A program made the position numbers and the translations under genes. Under the pieces are notes generated by a model. That model was not told the DNA's origin. It saw nothing but the letters and a program-made list of their open reading frames with translations, and ran no database searches. 64,000 nucleotides of DNA, from positions 6,722 to 70,721 of the forward strand of contig MFNF01000061.1 of the NCBI GenBank assembly GCA_001783715.1, given 5' to 3'. Every line of letters begins with the position of its first letter. Position 1 is the stretch's first letter. Positions 41,402 through 51,874 of the stretch are shown here, piece after piece. Source of the stretch: Candidatus Lambdaproteobacteria bacterium RIFOXYD2_FULL_56_26. Lineage in GTDB: Bacteria > SAR324 > XYD2-FULL-50-16.

Positions 41402-41431
41402 CACGGCCAGGGGTTGGCCCAAGCAAAAGGC

Positions 41432-41461
41432 AAAAAAAAGCCCCCGGAAGGAGGCTTTTTT
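41432..41461. terminator. Bidirectional intrinsic terminator after clpX
   Basis: A8-GCCCCC GGAA GGAGGC-T6. Confidence 0.7.
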
Positions 41462-41490
41462 GTCTGCACCTGCTGGAACGGCCTAGCACT

Positions 41491-42735
41491 CTAGCTGGCT
41501 TTGTTGGCAGCGTCTTTTTTGTACAGGATCAGAGGTTCTTTTTTCCCTTCGATCACTTCCCGATCCATGACGATCTCTTCGATGTTGGTCACCGAAGGGG
41601 CTTCATACATGGTTTCCAACATACAGTCTTCCATGATCGCCCGCAGGCCCCTGGCCCCGGTGCGCCGTTCGATCGCCCGTTTGGCAATGGCCCGGATTGC
41701 GTCGTCCTTAAACACCATCTTGACCCCATCCATGGCCAAGAGGCTGGCATACTGGCGGGTCAAGGCGTTTTTGGGTTCCTTCATGATCCTGACCAAGTCT
41801 TCTTCGGTCAGGTCTTCCAAAGTGGTGACCACCGGCAACCGGCCCACAAATTCGGGGATCAGCCCGTACTTGAGCAGGTCTTCGGTTTCCACTTCGTTCA
41901 AAACCGAGGTGACCTTGCTTTGGTCGGTTTCCACCAGTTTGGCCCCAAAGCCCATGGACTTTTTCCCGATCCTCTCGTTGATCACGCCGTCCAGGCCCAC
42001 AAAGGCCCCGCCGCAGATAAAGAGGATGTTGGAGGTGTCCACCTGCAAAAATTCCTGTTGGGGATGTTTGCGACCCCCTTGGGGCGGGATGTTGGCCACA
42101 GTGCCCTCAATGATCTTGAGCAGCGCCTGTTGTACCCCTTCCCCGGATACGTCCCTGGTGATGGAGACGTTTTCGCTTTTCCTGGTGATCTTGTCGATCT
42201 CGTCGATGTAAACGATCCCCTTTTGGGCTTGCTCGATGTCGTAGTCCGAGGCTTGCAGCAGCTTGAGGATGATGTTTTCCACGTCTTCGCCGACATAACC
42301 GGCTTCGGTCAAGGTGGTGGCATCGGCCATGGCAAACGGAACCTTGAGGATCCGGGCCAAGGTCTGGGCCAGCAGGGTCTTGCCGGTCCCGGTGGGGCCG
42401 ATCAAAAGCACGTTGGACTTGGCCAGTTCAACCTCCCCCGCCTTGGGGGGGTAGTAGATTTTTTTGTAATGGTTGTAAACCGCAACCGCCAAAACCTTTT
42501 TGGCTTCGTCCTGGCCGATCACGTACTCATCAAGGATCGATTTGATCTCTTTGGGCTTACGAAGCTCCAGGCCGGATTCGGAGGGTTTTTCCTTGGCCCT
42601 CTCCTCTTCGATAATGTCGTTGCACAAGGCGATACATTCATCGCAGATATAGACCGCAGGTCCGGCGATGATCTTCTCGACCTCTTCTTGGCTTTTGCCG
42701 CAAAATGAACATCGAAGCGTGGTTTCTTTTGCCAT
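41491..42735 (-). CDS. clpX: ATP-dependent Clp protease ATPase ClpX
   Basis: CSFCGK..CDEC zinc finger; [21 protein letters not shown] loop. Confidence 0.97.
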   Translation of the reverse strand: MAKETTLRCSFCGKSQEEVEKIIAGPAVYICDECIALCNDIIEEERAKEKPSESGLELRKPKEIKSILDEYVIGQDEAKKVLAVAVYNHYKKIYYPPKAGEVELAKSNVLLIGPTGTGKTLLAQTLARILKVPFAMADATTLTEAGYVGEDVENIILKLLQASDYDIEQAQKGIVYIDEIDKITRKSENVSITRDVSGEGVQQALLKIIEGTVANIPPQGGRKHPQQEFLQVDTSNILFICGGAFVGLDGVINERIGKKSMGFGAKLVETDQSKVTSVLNEVETEDLLKYGLIPEFVGRLPVVTTLEDLTEEDLVRIMKEPKNALTRQYASLLAMDGVKMVFKDDAIRAIAKRAIERRTGARGLRAIMEDCMLETMYEAPSVTNIEEIVMDREVIEGKKEPLILYKKDAANKAS

Positions 42736-42755
42736 GAGAGGGCCTCTGTGGAATC

Positions 42756-43337
42756 TTAAGTTCGTTTTTCCATGGTCACGTCCACCAAGCCATATTTTAC
42801 CGCTTCATCGGCGGTAAGGAAATAGTCCCGTTCGGTGTCGTTTTGGATCTTTTTGAGATCCTGTCCGGTGTGCTGTACCAGAATGTCGTTGATGCGGTTC
42901 TTGACCCGAACGTTTTCCTTGGTTTGGATCTCGATGTCCGCCGCTTGACCTCCAATACCGCCGATCGGCTGGCGCAAATGGATCGTAGCATTAGGCAATG
43001 CAATTCTCTTTCCTTTTGTCCCACAAGCCATCAAAAGGGCGGCAATGTTCCTCGCTTGGCCGATGCAGATGGTTTGCACCTGGGGCCTAATGTACTGCAA
43101 GGTGTCGTAGATCGCCAACCCGGCGTTGACCGATCCGCCATAGGAGTTAATGTAAAGGCTGATGTCCGCATCCGGCTTGTCTGCCTCCAAAAACAACAAC
43201 TGGGCGATGACCACGTTGGCGCTGTAGGTGTTGATCTCCTCTCCCAAGAAGATGATCCGGTCCTTGAGCAGCCGAGAGTAAATATCATAGGTCCGCTCCC
43301 CCCGGTTGGTCTGTTCGATTACGTACGGGATGGTCAT
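42756..43337 (-). CDS. clpP: ClpP-family subunit, predicted catalytically inactive (ClpR-like)
   Basis: [27 protein letters not shown]; catalytic motifs altered to GQARNIA and IHLRQP. Confidence 0.9.
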   Translation of the reverse strand: MTIPYVIEQTNRGERTYDIYSRLLKDRIIFLGEEINTYSANVVIAQLLFLEADKPDADISLYINSYGGSVNAGLAIYDTLQYIRPQVQTICIGQARNIAALLMACGTKGKRIALPNATIHLRQPIGGIGGQAADIEIQTKENVRVKNRINDILVQHTGQDLKKIQNDTERDYFLTADEAVKYGLVDVTMEKRT

Positions 43338-44587
43338 GTGAGCAACTCTTTGGAAAGGTGATCCAAAACCGCTTCTTCGGCCATGGACTGGTAAACGTCG
43401 TTGTAAAACTGGCGGCCATAGTCGGTGCGCAGCAGTTCATTGGGGTTTTGGCCCATCATGCCTGCCTGCATGGAGAAACGTCGCCAGACTTCGTTGTCTT
43501 CGGGGGTGATCTTGTTGTCTTCGAGGTACCGGTGGATGTAGCGGTTGAGTCGCAGGTAGTCTTCCGCTTCCTTTTGCGCCAAAGGCCGCAATTCCGCTTC
43601 TTCCTTGCCCTTGTTTTGGGGGGATTGGGTCAGCTGGTGGAGCCGAAAGCCCACCTCGCTTTCAAGTAGGGAAGGGGGCACAACAAAGTTCAGGTGCCCG
43701 GCCAGTTGGGAGCGCAGCGCTTCCCGGTACTGGTTGGCCCGTTCCCGTTCCTTGATGCCCAAGAGTTCCTTTTCGATCAGCTGGTCAAAATCGGCTTCGG
43801 TCTTGATCGACTCGCCGTACCGGGCCAAAAAGGCGGCATCCAGGGCGGGCAACTGGCGGGTTTTGACTTCCTTGAGCTCAACCTTAAAATGGGCTTTTTT
43901 GTCCTTAAACCGGTCTTCGGGGTGGTCGGCAGGCAACTGGGCATCAAATTCCTTGGATTCCCCGGCCTTCATACCCACCAAGGCGGTCTCAAAGGCTTCG
44001 ATCAGTTGGCCGTTGCCCAAAACGGCGATAAAATCCTTTTGTTCAACCTCTTCTTCGTCTTCGGTCTTGCCGGTGAAATCAAGTTTCAGTTGGTCCCCGG
44101 TTGCGGCAGCGCCGTCCTTGGGGGAGAGTTCCGCCGCCCGGCCCAAATGGCCGTCCTTGCGGGCCTTTTTCTCGCTTTCGGTCAAGGAGAGTTCTTCCTT
44201 TTTGAGGGCCAAGAGGGATTTGGCGGGCATCTCAAAGTCCGGCCAGACCTCGAAGGTGGCGCTGAACACAAAGGGTTTGCCCTTTTCGACTTGGAGGTCG
44301 GAAAACTCGGGGTTCACCGCCGGAGCCAATTTTTCCTGGACCACCGCCTTTTGGTAGTACTGGGGGACCAGGGTTTCCATGGCCTCTTCCTGCATGTACT
44401 TGGAGAACCGCTTTTCCAACAGGCCCTGGGGCATCTTGCCCTTGCGGAATCCATTGATCTTGACCTTGGGCTTGAGCTGGTTGGAAACCTTCTCGTAAGC
44501 CGTTTCCACGTCCTTGGCCGGGACGGTGATGGTCAATTTGTTTTTAAGGTTGCCGAGGTCTTCCCGTTTGACGTTCAATGGTTCCAT
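43334..44587 (-). CDS. tig: Trigger factor
   Basis: GFRKGKMP ribosome-binding loop; FKBP-like [16 protein letters not shown]; upstream of clpP-clpX. Confidence 0.93.
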   Translation of the reverse strand: MEPLNVKREDLGNLKNKLTITVPAKDVETAYEKVSNQLKPKVKINGFRKGKMPQGLLEKRFSKYMQEEAMETLVPQYYQKAVVQEKLAPAVNPEFSDLQVEKGKPFVFSATFEVWPDFEMPAKSLLALKKEELSLTESEKKARKDGHLGRAAELSPKDGAAATGDQLKLDFTGKTEDEEEVEQKDFIAVLGNGQLIEAFETALVGMKAGESKEFDAQLPADHPEDRFKDKKAHFKVELKEVKTRQLPALDAAFLARYGESIKTEADFDQLIEKELLGIKERERANQYREALRSQLAGHLNFVVPPSLLESEVGFRLHQLTQSPQNKGKEEAELRPLAQKEAEDYLRLNRYIHRYLEDNKITPEDNEVWRRFSMQAGMMGQNPNELLRTDYGRQFYNDVYQSMAEEAVLDHLSKELLT

Positions 44588-44791
44588 CTAAGCCGAGCCT
44601 GCAAAAAAGGGGTGTTCTTCCGGTAATTGGGGTAAGGGGATAGGATCGGTTTTTTTGCCCAAAAAGTCAATTCCTTTGGGTCAAACCGGCCTTTTGAGGT
44701 AGGCCTGCCGGGGAAGAACCCCCAGGTCCGGGGGGCGGTTTTGGGTGGGGCGGGGTAGGGAAAATGGGGACGAGGGCAGAAAAAGCTTCCC

Positions 44792-45517
44792 TCAAGTAAA
44801 ATGCTGCCGCCGAAATCCCCAATAAGCCAGCCCCATCCCGGCGGTCATCAGGGAGGAAAAAAGCAGGGCATCCAGCTCAAACCAAACCCAACCCACCGCA
44901 CCCAACAACCCTCCGGTAAAAAACCCGGCCAACAGACTCAAGTGCAGCTCAATCCGGCTCCATTCAAACTCCCGGTTCTTCACCCCCCGGCCCAGTTCCA
45001 AGCCAATGTCGGTCAAGACCCCGGTCAGGTGAGTGGTGCGGATCACCACTTTGGAGTAGGCGGTAAACAGGCCGTTTTGGACCCCGCAAGCGAAGCTCAA
45101 GGGGTAGATCCCCGCCAAGGGATCCAGCAAAAAGACCCGGTGGGCCGCCAGGATCACCACCGATTCGCCGATCAGTACATACCCGTACCGCTTGTGGGGC
45201 TCGAAAAGCCCCCCGCCGACCGCCAGCCCGCTGGTAAAGGCACCCAACAGGAAAAAGGCCAAGGTCAACAGATAAAACTGGACCTCCTGCCCGCCCAAGA
45301 CTAACTGAAGGCTCAAGTGGCTGACCGTGCCGGTGACATGGCTGACCCCCATGTGCAGGGGCTGCATGATCGAAAGCAGGTTGATCATCCCGGCGTTGAA
45401 GCTCAGGGAAAAACCCAAAAGGTGGGGGACAAACTTTAAGATCGGGGGTTCCAATGACTTCTGACCCCTCCCAAGGGAATGGTTGACCGGAAGAAACCTG
45501 TCTTGCAACTCTTTCAA
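44792..45517 (-). CDS. YoaK/DUF1275 membrane protein
   Basis: AGMIN; SHVTG; CGVQNG; RTTHLTGVLTDIG. Confidence 0.85.
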   Translation of the reverse strand: MKELQDRFLPVNHSLGRGQKSLEPPILKFVPHLLGFSLSFNAGMINLLSIMQPLHMGVSHVTGTVSHLSLQLVLGGQEVQFYLLTLAFFLLGAFTSGLAVGGGLFEPHKRYGYVLIGESVVILAAHRVFLLDPLAGIYPLSFACGVQNGLFTAYSKVVIRTTHLTGVLTDIGLELGRGVKNREFEWSRIELHLSLLAGFFTGGLLGAVGWVWFELDALLFSSLMTAGMGLAYWGFRRQHFT

Positions 45518-45757
45518 ATCTCCAGTCCAAAGTCAACCTGTGCCCGGCCCGGAGCCGCCCTCAAGGGTGGCCAAAAACCCGGTTTTGGGTCCTGGGACAC
45601 CCCTTGGGGGCCAGCGGCCCCGCCTCGGGCCTGCAAAGCCCCAAAACCATCGTCGGCCAAGGCCTACCGGAAGGCCAAAAAAGAAGGTTCCAGCCCAGAA
45701 AATTGGTTTATTTCTTGAATCACCGGTAAGGTTCGCTCTCCTTTTTTTTGGTTGCCG

Positions 45758-46804
45758 ATGAAAAACAAACTGGGTCTGTGCTTGCTCTTTGCCTTGGGCT
45801 GGGTGGGTCAGAGCCTCGCCTTGGAACCAGGGCACCTGCGCTACAGCGTCCGGGCGCTGGGGATGGGCAACGCTTACCTGGGGGTAGGGACCGACTCGAC
45901 CGCCCTTTATTACAACCCCGCCGGGCTTGGTTTGGCCAAAGTTTGGAATTTCCAGGTTCTGAACCTGGAGGCCACCGGGAGCGACAAACTCTTGGAATTG
46001 GCGGGCGGAGACCTGAACAGCGCCTTGAGCAATCTGGCGGGCCACAAGGTTTACGGGGATGTGGTGGTCGAGGCCAGCGCCGGTGGACCGGGGTTTGCCG
46101 TTTCGACCTTCAACGGAGGGCTGCTGGACCTCAAGGTGGATAACCCGGTGGTGCCTTACGCCCAATTTTTGGCCTACACCCAAAGGGGTACGGTGCTGGG
46201 GTTTGCCGGGGGCACCGACTGGAACTGGGGCTTGAGTTTGGGCCAAGTGACCCGTGAGGGCACCAGCGGCTCGGCCCACATCATGAACCTGATGGACCAA
46301 GCTTACATTGATGGGGTGACCCAAAACCTGGAGACCAAAACCGCCACCTTGGCCAACTTCGGCCTTTTGCGGCCCCTCAAGCTGGGGATGTTTGACGAGG
46401 CCCATCTGGCGGCGGTTTGGCGGGGCGGGATGGACTTTGGCCTGGCAGGCCAGCTCAAGCCTCAGCTGGACCTCGGCTTTGCCGGCAAGGGGGTGTTGGT
46501 GGGGATGGACTGGATTCTGGCCGCCGACTGGGTGGACCTGAACCGGGCCAACAATCCCGAAGGCAGCTACTTGAGTCATTTGAACCTGGGCACCGAATTG
46601 GGGGCTTGGAGCCAGCCCAACGGCACCCCGGCTTTGGCTCTGCGAGCGGGGTTCAAGGGGCCGTATCCCTGTGTGGGTTGGACTTTGAATCCCCCTTATC
46701 TGCCCCTCACCTTGGTTTATGCCTCCTGGTCCGAAGAGATCGGCACCGAGGCCGGGGATGTCCAGGACTCCAGGAAAAGCCTGGACCTGTCGATCAACTT
46801 TTAG
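45758..46804 (+). CDS. Outer-membrane beta-barrel protein (FadL/PorV/TraF-like N-terminus)
   Basis: Signal peptide; RALGMGNAY...DSTALYYNPAGL; C-terminal Phe (LSINF). Confidence 0.75.
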   Translation: MKNKLGLCLLFALGWVGQSLALEPGHLRYSVRALGMGNAYLGVGTDSTALYYNPAGLGLAKVWNFQVLNLEATGSDKLLELAGGDLNSALSNLAGHKVYGDVVVEASAGGPGFAVSTFNGGLLDLKVDNPVVPYAQFLAYTQRGTVLGFAGGTDWNWGLSLGQVTREGTSGSAHIMNLMDQAYIDGVTQNLETKTATLANFGLLRPLKLGMFDEAHLAAVWRGGMDFGLAGQLKPQLDLGFAGKGVLVGMDWILAADWVDLNRANNPEGSYLSHLNLGTELGAWSQPNGTPALALRAGFKGPYPCVGWTLNPPYLPLTLVYASWSEEIGTEAGDVQDSRKSLDLSINF

Positions 46805-46816
46805 CCGAAGGCACCT

Positions 46817-48156
46817 TTGGGTTTGCAGAAGGTCGGTTTCACCCTGGGTTTGGTCCTACTGCTCTTTGGTTGCAAAGGGCAGGTGCAGGACAGCTGTGCC
46901 AAACGGCTCAACCAAAGGGAGTTTGCTTCGGTCGCCGCCGACAGCAAATGCACCACCTGGGAACAAGCCTCCGGGGAATTGGGGCTGGCGGGTTTTGTGC
47001 TTTCCAATCTGGTCGCCGATGGGGCGACGGACAACCTACGCAGCGCCCTGGGCATCGGCCCCGAGGTCACCGAGTTTAAAACCTGGGCCGGTCGCACCCA
47101 CTACCAAAATGCCCAGCGGTTGACCGGCAGTACGGTCGGGGCGGCGTATGAAGGCCAAAGCCGGAGTTTGGCGGACATAGAGCTGCACTTTTTTGCCAAC
47201 CTGGGCAACATCCTGGCCCAAAGCTACATCCTCCTCGATTCCAGCGCCGACGGGGCCATCAGCAACGAAGAGATTTTGACCGCCACCAGCCTCAACTCCA
47301 GCAGCTCCAGCACCTTCGGCCAAAACGTGATGACCGATTCGGGGAAGTTGCAGTTCACCAACTCCACCGGTACCACCTACCTTTTGGACTTGGCTCACGG
47401 GTACTGTGAAACCGACCCCAACCTGGACGGGGTCTGGGGGGGCAGCACTGCCAGCATCGAGGGTTGCCTGATCACCGCCGCCGACTTGGCCCAAGCGAGC
47501 GGGGGCAGCTTGAGCCTTTCTGGGCCTTGTGCTATGGTGATCCAAATTGACTCGGTGCAAAGTCTTTTTACCAAACGGCTCAGCCAAGACGACCCGGTCC
47601 TGGACCTCAGCTCAGCCTTGGTGCAGGGCTTTGACAGGATGGACGAGGACCTGAGCGCCTTAGACATCAGCACCGATGCCCAGATCCGCCAAACCTTGGC
47701 CGATCTGACCCAAACCCTGGACAACGGGGCCACCTGCGGTTCAACCCAGGGGCCACCTGCGGTTCAACCCAACTGACCGAGGTCAACCAGATCCGCAACC
47801 TGATCGAGGCTTCAGCCCTGATCGCCCAGTCCACCTATGGCAGCTACAACAAGGTCGCCCTTTCGACCATGCAGTCCAGCTCCGACCAGACCATCACCGC
47901 CCCCAGTTTTACGGTCACCGTCAGCGGGGTCCAGGTGAGCCTGTCTTGCACCAATGCCAGCAACTTGGATGCCCGGATGATCTACAAAAATGCCGCCGGT
48001 ACCGGCTATGTCCCTTACCTGGAAGGGGCGACCACCAACATCATTGATGCCTTCGTGAACTTGATGATCCTGGAGCGGGATTCCTTGGGTGCCTTCAAGC
48101 CCACCGTCGCCGGGGACGGGATTGTGAGTTTCAAGGAATTGCTTTGTGTCCAGTAA
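46817..48156 (+). pseudogene. Ser/Thr-rich lipoprotein interrupted by a 23-bp tandem duplication
   Basis: Lipobox LLFGC; removing one repeat copy joins ORF 46817 in frame with ORF 47869-48156. Confidence 0.75.
47726..47771 (+). repeat. Perfect 23-bp tandem duplication GGGGCCACCTGCGGTTCAACCCA x2
   Basis: Copies at 47726-47748 and 47749-47771. Confidence 0.95.
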
Positions 48157-48169
48157 TCCTGCCCGTCCC

Positions 48170-48657
48170 TTAGCCCTCCGCCGCCTTTGTGAGCGCCGCC
48201 AGTTCCAGCTTGCCCATCTGCAACAAGGCCCGCATCACCCGGGTATTGCGCTCCGGGTCGGCAGGGTCCATCCAGGCTTCAAAGGCTTTGGGGACAATCT
48301 GCCAGGAAAGCCCATATTTGTCTTTGAGCCAGCCACAAGGCCCCGGCTCCCCTCCTTCACCAAGTTGGTCCCAGTAATAATCCATCTCCTTTTGGTCTTC
48401 ACAGTTGACCACCAAGGAGAGGGCCTCGTTGAACCGGAACAGAGGGCCGCCGTTGAGCGCCATCATCTCTTGGCCACAGAGCAAAAAGCGTAAGGTGAGA
48501 ACCGTTCCCGCCGGTCCGGGACCGGCCTCGGTGTACCGGGACACCGCCAGGACCTGGGAGTTTTCTTGGAAAACCGATAGATAAAAGTCCACCGCCTCTT
48601 CCGCTTGGTGGTCAAACCAAAGGCAAGGGGTGATCTTGGGACTTTGGAAGTGGCCAT
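48170..48657 (-). pseudogene. VOC/PhnB (3-demethylubiquinone-9 methyltransferase-like) protein with a 5' frameshift
   Basis: RBS+ATG at 48657 is out of frame with KITPCLWFDHQAEEAVDFY...CGWLKDKYGLSWQI. Confidence 0.75.
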
Positions 48658-48691
48658 GGCCGGCTCCTGGTGGAGGTTGGGGCTGCTTCTC

Positions 48692-49219
48692 TCAGGCCTG
48701 CTCGGCCAGGGTCTTGAGTCGGCTCAGACCAATCTCGAAGTCTCCGCCCACCATTTTGTCCATGTTGAGCAGAAGGCCCATCACCTTGTAAGTGTAGGTG
48801 GATTTCCCGGACAAGGCCCAGGTGACCAAAGTTCCGGCCTCTTGGGGTTTCAGGGTGAACTCCGCCAGATTGGTGGCCGCAAAAGGTTTAAAAAACTGTA
48901 GTTCAATCGAAAGTTGGGTGGGCGCTTGGGACTTAGTGAGGGTCATCCGGCCCGCCCCTACGTTTTTGTTTCCCGACCAACCGTAGGTGGCCCCCACTCC
49001 AGCGGTGGTCTCGCCATAGGTCCGCACCATTTGCGGGTCTTTGTCGTAGGGGGTCCATTGTTCCCATTGCCGGAAGTCGTTGAGTAAACCGAAAATCTGG
49101 TCTGCAGGGGCAGCCATCCAAACCCTTCGTTCCACCAAAAAAAAATTGGGCTTGGTGGCGGCGTAGGCTAGAGGGACGGCAATCAGAAGAGCGAGGGCAG
49201 GCAGGAGAAAGGGGACCAT
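48692..49219 (-). CDS. SRPBCC family protein
   Basis: N-terminal TM; WEQWTPY..DP; GVGATYGWSGNKNVGAG; DFEIGLSRLK. Confidence 0.88.
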   Translation of the reverse strand: MVPFLLPALALLIAVPLAYAATKPNFFLVERRVWMAAPADQIFGLLNDFRQWEQWTPYDKDPQMVRTYGETTAGVGATYGWSGNKNVGAGRMTLTKSQAPTQLSIELQFFKPFAATNLAEFTLKPQEAGTLVTWALSGKSTYTYKVMGLLLNMDKMVGGDFEIGLSRLKTLAEQA

Positions 49220-49312
49220 TTCTTGACTCCGAAGGCTTGGGTTCGCCTGGAGCCGACAGCGGGAAGGCCCACTCCGCCCCAAGGGCACTGCTTCAAAGGG
49301 AAAGGGAATTTG

Positions 49313-49388
<76 letters not shown>

Positions 49389-49467
49389 AACTTTGGACCC
49401 GGTCTTGGGGACCGGGACCGAAGAGACAACTTCTACGCCAACCAAAATCGCTTCGTCAAGAGGTTGT

Positions 49468-50514
49468 TCAGCCCAAAAGCATGGCATCGCCGTAGGAAAA
49501 AAAACGGTACCCCCGGTCTAAGGCCTGTTTGTATGCCTTTAATACCCTCTCCTGCCCGGCAAAGGCGCAAACCAGCATCAACAAGGTGGACTTGGGCTGG
49601 TGGAAATTGGTGATCAACTGGTCCACCCCTTGGAACCGGTAGGGAGGATAAATAAAAATCCCGGTTTCCCTGGCTCCCTGGACCAGCTCCCCTCCTTGCA
49701 AACTGGACTCGATGGCCCGCAGGGTGGTGGTGCCCAAGGCAACCACTTTGCGGCCCTGGGCCTTGGCTTGGTTAAACGCCAAAGCGGTGGCTTCGGGAAT
49801 GGTCACCCGCTCCAGGTGCATCTGGTGCTCACTCACCTCTTCAACCCGGACCGGCTCAAAGGTCCCCAGGCCAACCTGGAGGTTCAAGGAGACCACCTCA
49901 ATCTCTCGCTTTTGTAAACCTTCGAGCACCGGCTGGGTCATGTGCAGCCCCGCCGTGGGGGCGGCGACCGCTCCTTTGGTTTTGGCGAAGATGGTTTGGT
50001 AGGATTTTTTGTCTTCCTCCGGGGCAAACTCCTCTTGCCCTCTCGCTTTGAGTAGATAGGGCGGCAAAGGGGCGTAGCCCTGGGCTTCCAGGTCGTCAAA
50101 GAGAGTTTGGGGACTGACAAAAGACAAGATGCCGTCCCCTTCTTCAAATCTCCCTTCAAATTGGGCCAGGATCCGGCCAAAGCCAAATTCCAGCAGCTCC
50201 CCCGGCTTGAGCTTGGCGGCCTTTTTGATCTTGACCACCCAACGCCCTGGGCTCAACTCCCGGACCAGCAAGGCCTCAATCGCTCCGCCCGAAGCTCTTC
50301 GCCCAATGATCCTCGCCGGGATCACCTGGGCATCGTTGACCACCAACAGGCTGCCGGGCTGGAGCAAATTGGGCAGGTCGTAAAAATAAAAATCCAGCGG
50401 CTCCCCCGAACCGGGAGGCAGACGCATCAAGCGGCTGTGGTCCCTAGGCTCCGCTGGAGCGGTGGCAATCGCCCCTTCGGGCAAGGGATAGTCAAACTCG
50501 CTGAGTAGGGGCAT
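49468..50514 (-). CDS. queA: S-adenosylmethionine:tRNA ribosyltransferase-isomerase
   Basis: FDYPLP; PLPPY; YQTIFA; AAPTAGLH; TNFHQPKSTL; YRFFSYGDAML. Confidence 0.95.
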   Translation of the reverse strand: MPLLSEFDYPLPEGAIATAPAEPRDHSRLMRLPPGSGEPLDFYFYDLPNLLQPGSLLVVNDAQVIPARIIGRRASGGAIEALLVRELSPGRWVVKIKKAAKLKPGELLEFGFGRILAQFEGRFEEGDGILSFVSPQTLFDDLEAQGYAPLPPYLLKARGQEEFAPEEDKKSYQTIFAKTKGAVAAPTAGLHMTQPVLEGLQKREIEVVSLNLQVGLGTFEPVRVEEVSEHQMHLERVTIPEATALAFNQAKAQGRKVVALGTTTLRAIESSLQGGELVQGARETGIFIYPPYRFQGVDQLITNFHQPKSTLLMLVCAFAGQERVLKAYKQALDRGYRFFSYGDAMLLG

Positions 50515-50521
50515 GGAAACC

Positions 50522-51874
50522 TTAAAAGTCCTCGGCGTAACCCAGGTAGGTTTCGGGCCGCAGGGCCTTGAGCTGCTGCTTGACTTCCAAGGGCAGGTCC
50601 AAGGCTTCCACAAAGGCTTCCAGTTCTTCTTGGCCCACGGTTTTCCCACGGGTCAGCGCCTTGAGCCGCTCATAAGCATCGGGAATCTGGTGGAGCCGCA
50701 TTACCGTTTGGAGCGCCTCGCCCAGCAAGAGCCAGCTGGAGGAAAGTTCCTGTTCCAACACCAAGGGGTTGACCTTGAGTTTGGAGAGACCCTTCAAGAT
50801 CGACTGGTAGGCCAAAAGCCCATACCCCAAAGCGACCCCCATGTTGCGCAACACCGTTGAATCAGTCAGGTCCCGTTGCCAGCGGCTGATGGGCAGCTTT
50901 TGGGCCAAGTGGTCCAGCAGGGCATTGCTGAGCCCCAGGTTGCCTTCGGCGTTTTCAAAGTCGATCGGGTTGATCTTGTGAGGCATGGTACTGCTGCCCA
51001 CCTCCCCGGCCACCGGGATCTGGGTGAACGCTTCGTTGCTGATGTAGCCCCAAAGATCCCGGCAAAAGTCGAGCAGGATCACCTGGGAGCGGATCACCCC
51101 GCCAAACAGTTCGGCCAAATAGTCATGCGGTTCGATCTGGGTGGTGTAGGGGTTGTAGGTCAGCCCCAGGTGACTGACGAACTGGGCGGCAAACCCCCTC
51201 CAATCCATCTGGGGGCAAGCGACTTGGTGGGCGTTGAAGTTGCCGACCGCCCCGTTGATCTTGCCCAGGTATTCCTGGGCTTCCAGCCCCTTGAGCTGCC
51301 GGGACAAACGGGCATAAACGTTGTAAAACTCCTTGCCCATGGTGGTGGGGCTGGCCGGTTGGCCGTGGGTGCGGGCCATCATCGGTACCTTGCGGTAGGC
51401 CTGGGCCATTTCTTCAATCTTGCCGGTCACCTGGATCAACTGGGGCAGGAGTTCTTCCTTGACCCCCGCCTTGACCATCAGACCATAAGCAAGGTTGTTG
51501 ATGTCCTCACTGGTGCAGGCAAAATGGACAAACGGCTTGAGCCCTTCTTGGCCCAGCTGGGTCAACTGCTCGCCGATCCAATATTCCACCGCCTTCACAT
51601 CGTGGTTGGTGGTTTTTTCCAGTTCCTTGACCCGGCTCGCCTGCTGTGGGGTCAGGTGGTGGTACAGCCCTCGCAGCTTGGCACAAAGCTCGTTGGGCAA
51701 GGGGCTCAAGGCGGTAAAATCCGTGTGGGCTCCAAGGCTGATCAGCCATTCCACTTCCACCTGGAGGCGAAACCGGATCAACCCGAATTCCGAAAAGATG
51801 GGCCGCAACGGGGCCAGCTTGGATTCATAGCGCCCGTCCAAGGGGCAAAGGGCGGTCAGAGAGTCGAAGGTCAT
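50522..51874 (-). CDS. purB: Adenylosuccinate lyase
   Basis: ALCPLDGRY; TNHDVKAVEY; GSSTMPHKINPIDFEN; SRWQRDLTDS. Confidence 0.97.
   Translation of the reverse strand: MTFDSLTALCPLDGRYESKLAPLRPIFSEFGLIRFRLQVEVEWLISLGAHTDFTALSPLPNELCAKLRGLYHHLTPQQASRVKELEKTTNHDVKAVEYWIGEQLTQLGQEGLKPFVHFACTSEDINNLAYGLMVKAGVKEELLPQLIQVTGKIEEMAQAYRKVPMMARTHGQPASPTTMGKEFYNVYARLSRQLKGLEAQEYLGKINGAVGNFNAHQVACPQMDWRGFAAQFVSHLGLTYNPYTTQIEPHDYLAELFGGVIRSQVILLDFCRDLWGYISNEAFTQIPVAGEVGSSTMPHKINPIDFENAEGNLGLSNALLDHLAQKLPISRWQRDLTDSTVLRNMGVALGYGLLAYQSILKGLSKLKVNPLVLEQELSSSWLLLGEALQTVMRLHQIPDAYERLKALTRGKTVGQEELEAFVEALDLPLEVKQQLKALRPETYLGYAEDF

Noticed and set aside
41302..42708. 468-aa plus-strand ORF and similar long antisense ORFs (e.g. 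10524-11621, 11561-12769, 20105-21207, 50876-51928)
   Set aside because: Shadow frames opposite well-conserved genes, expected at high GC.
48692..48694. Selenocysteine or readthrough at the SRPBCC TGA
   Set aside because: Not a conserved Cys position, no convincing SECIS, and the downstream gene has its own RBS and ATG.
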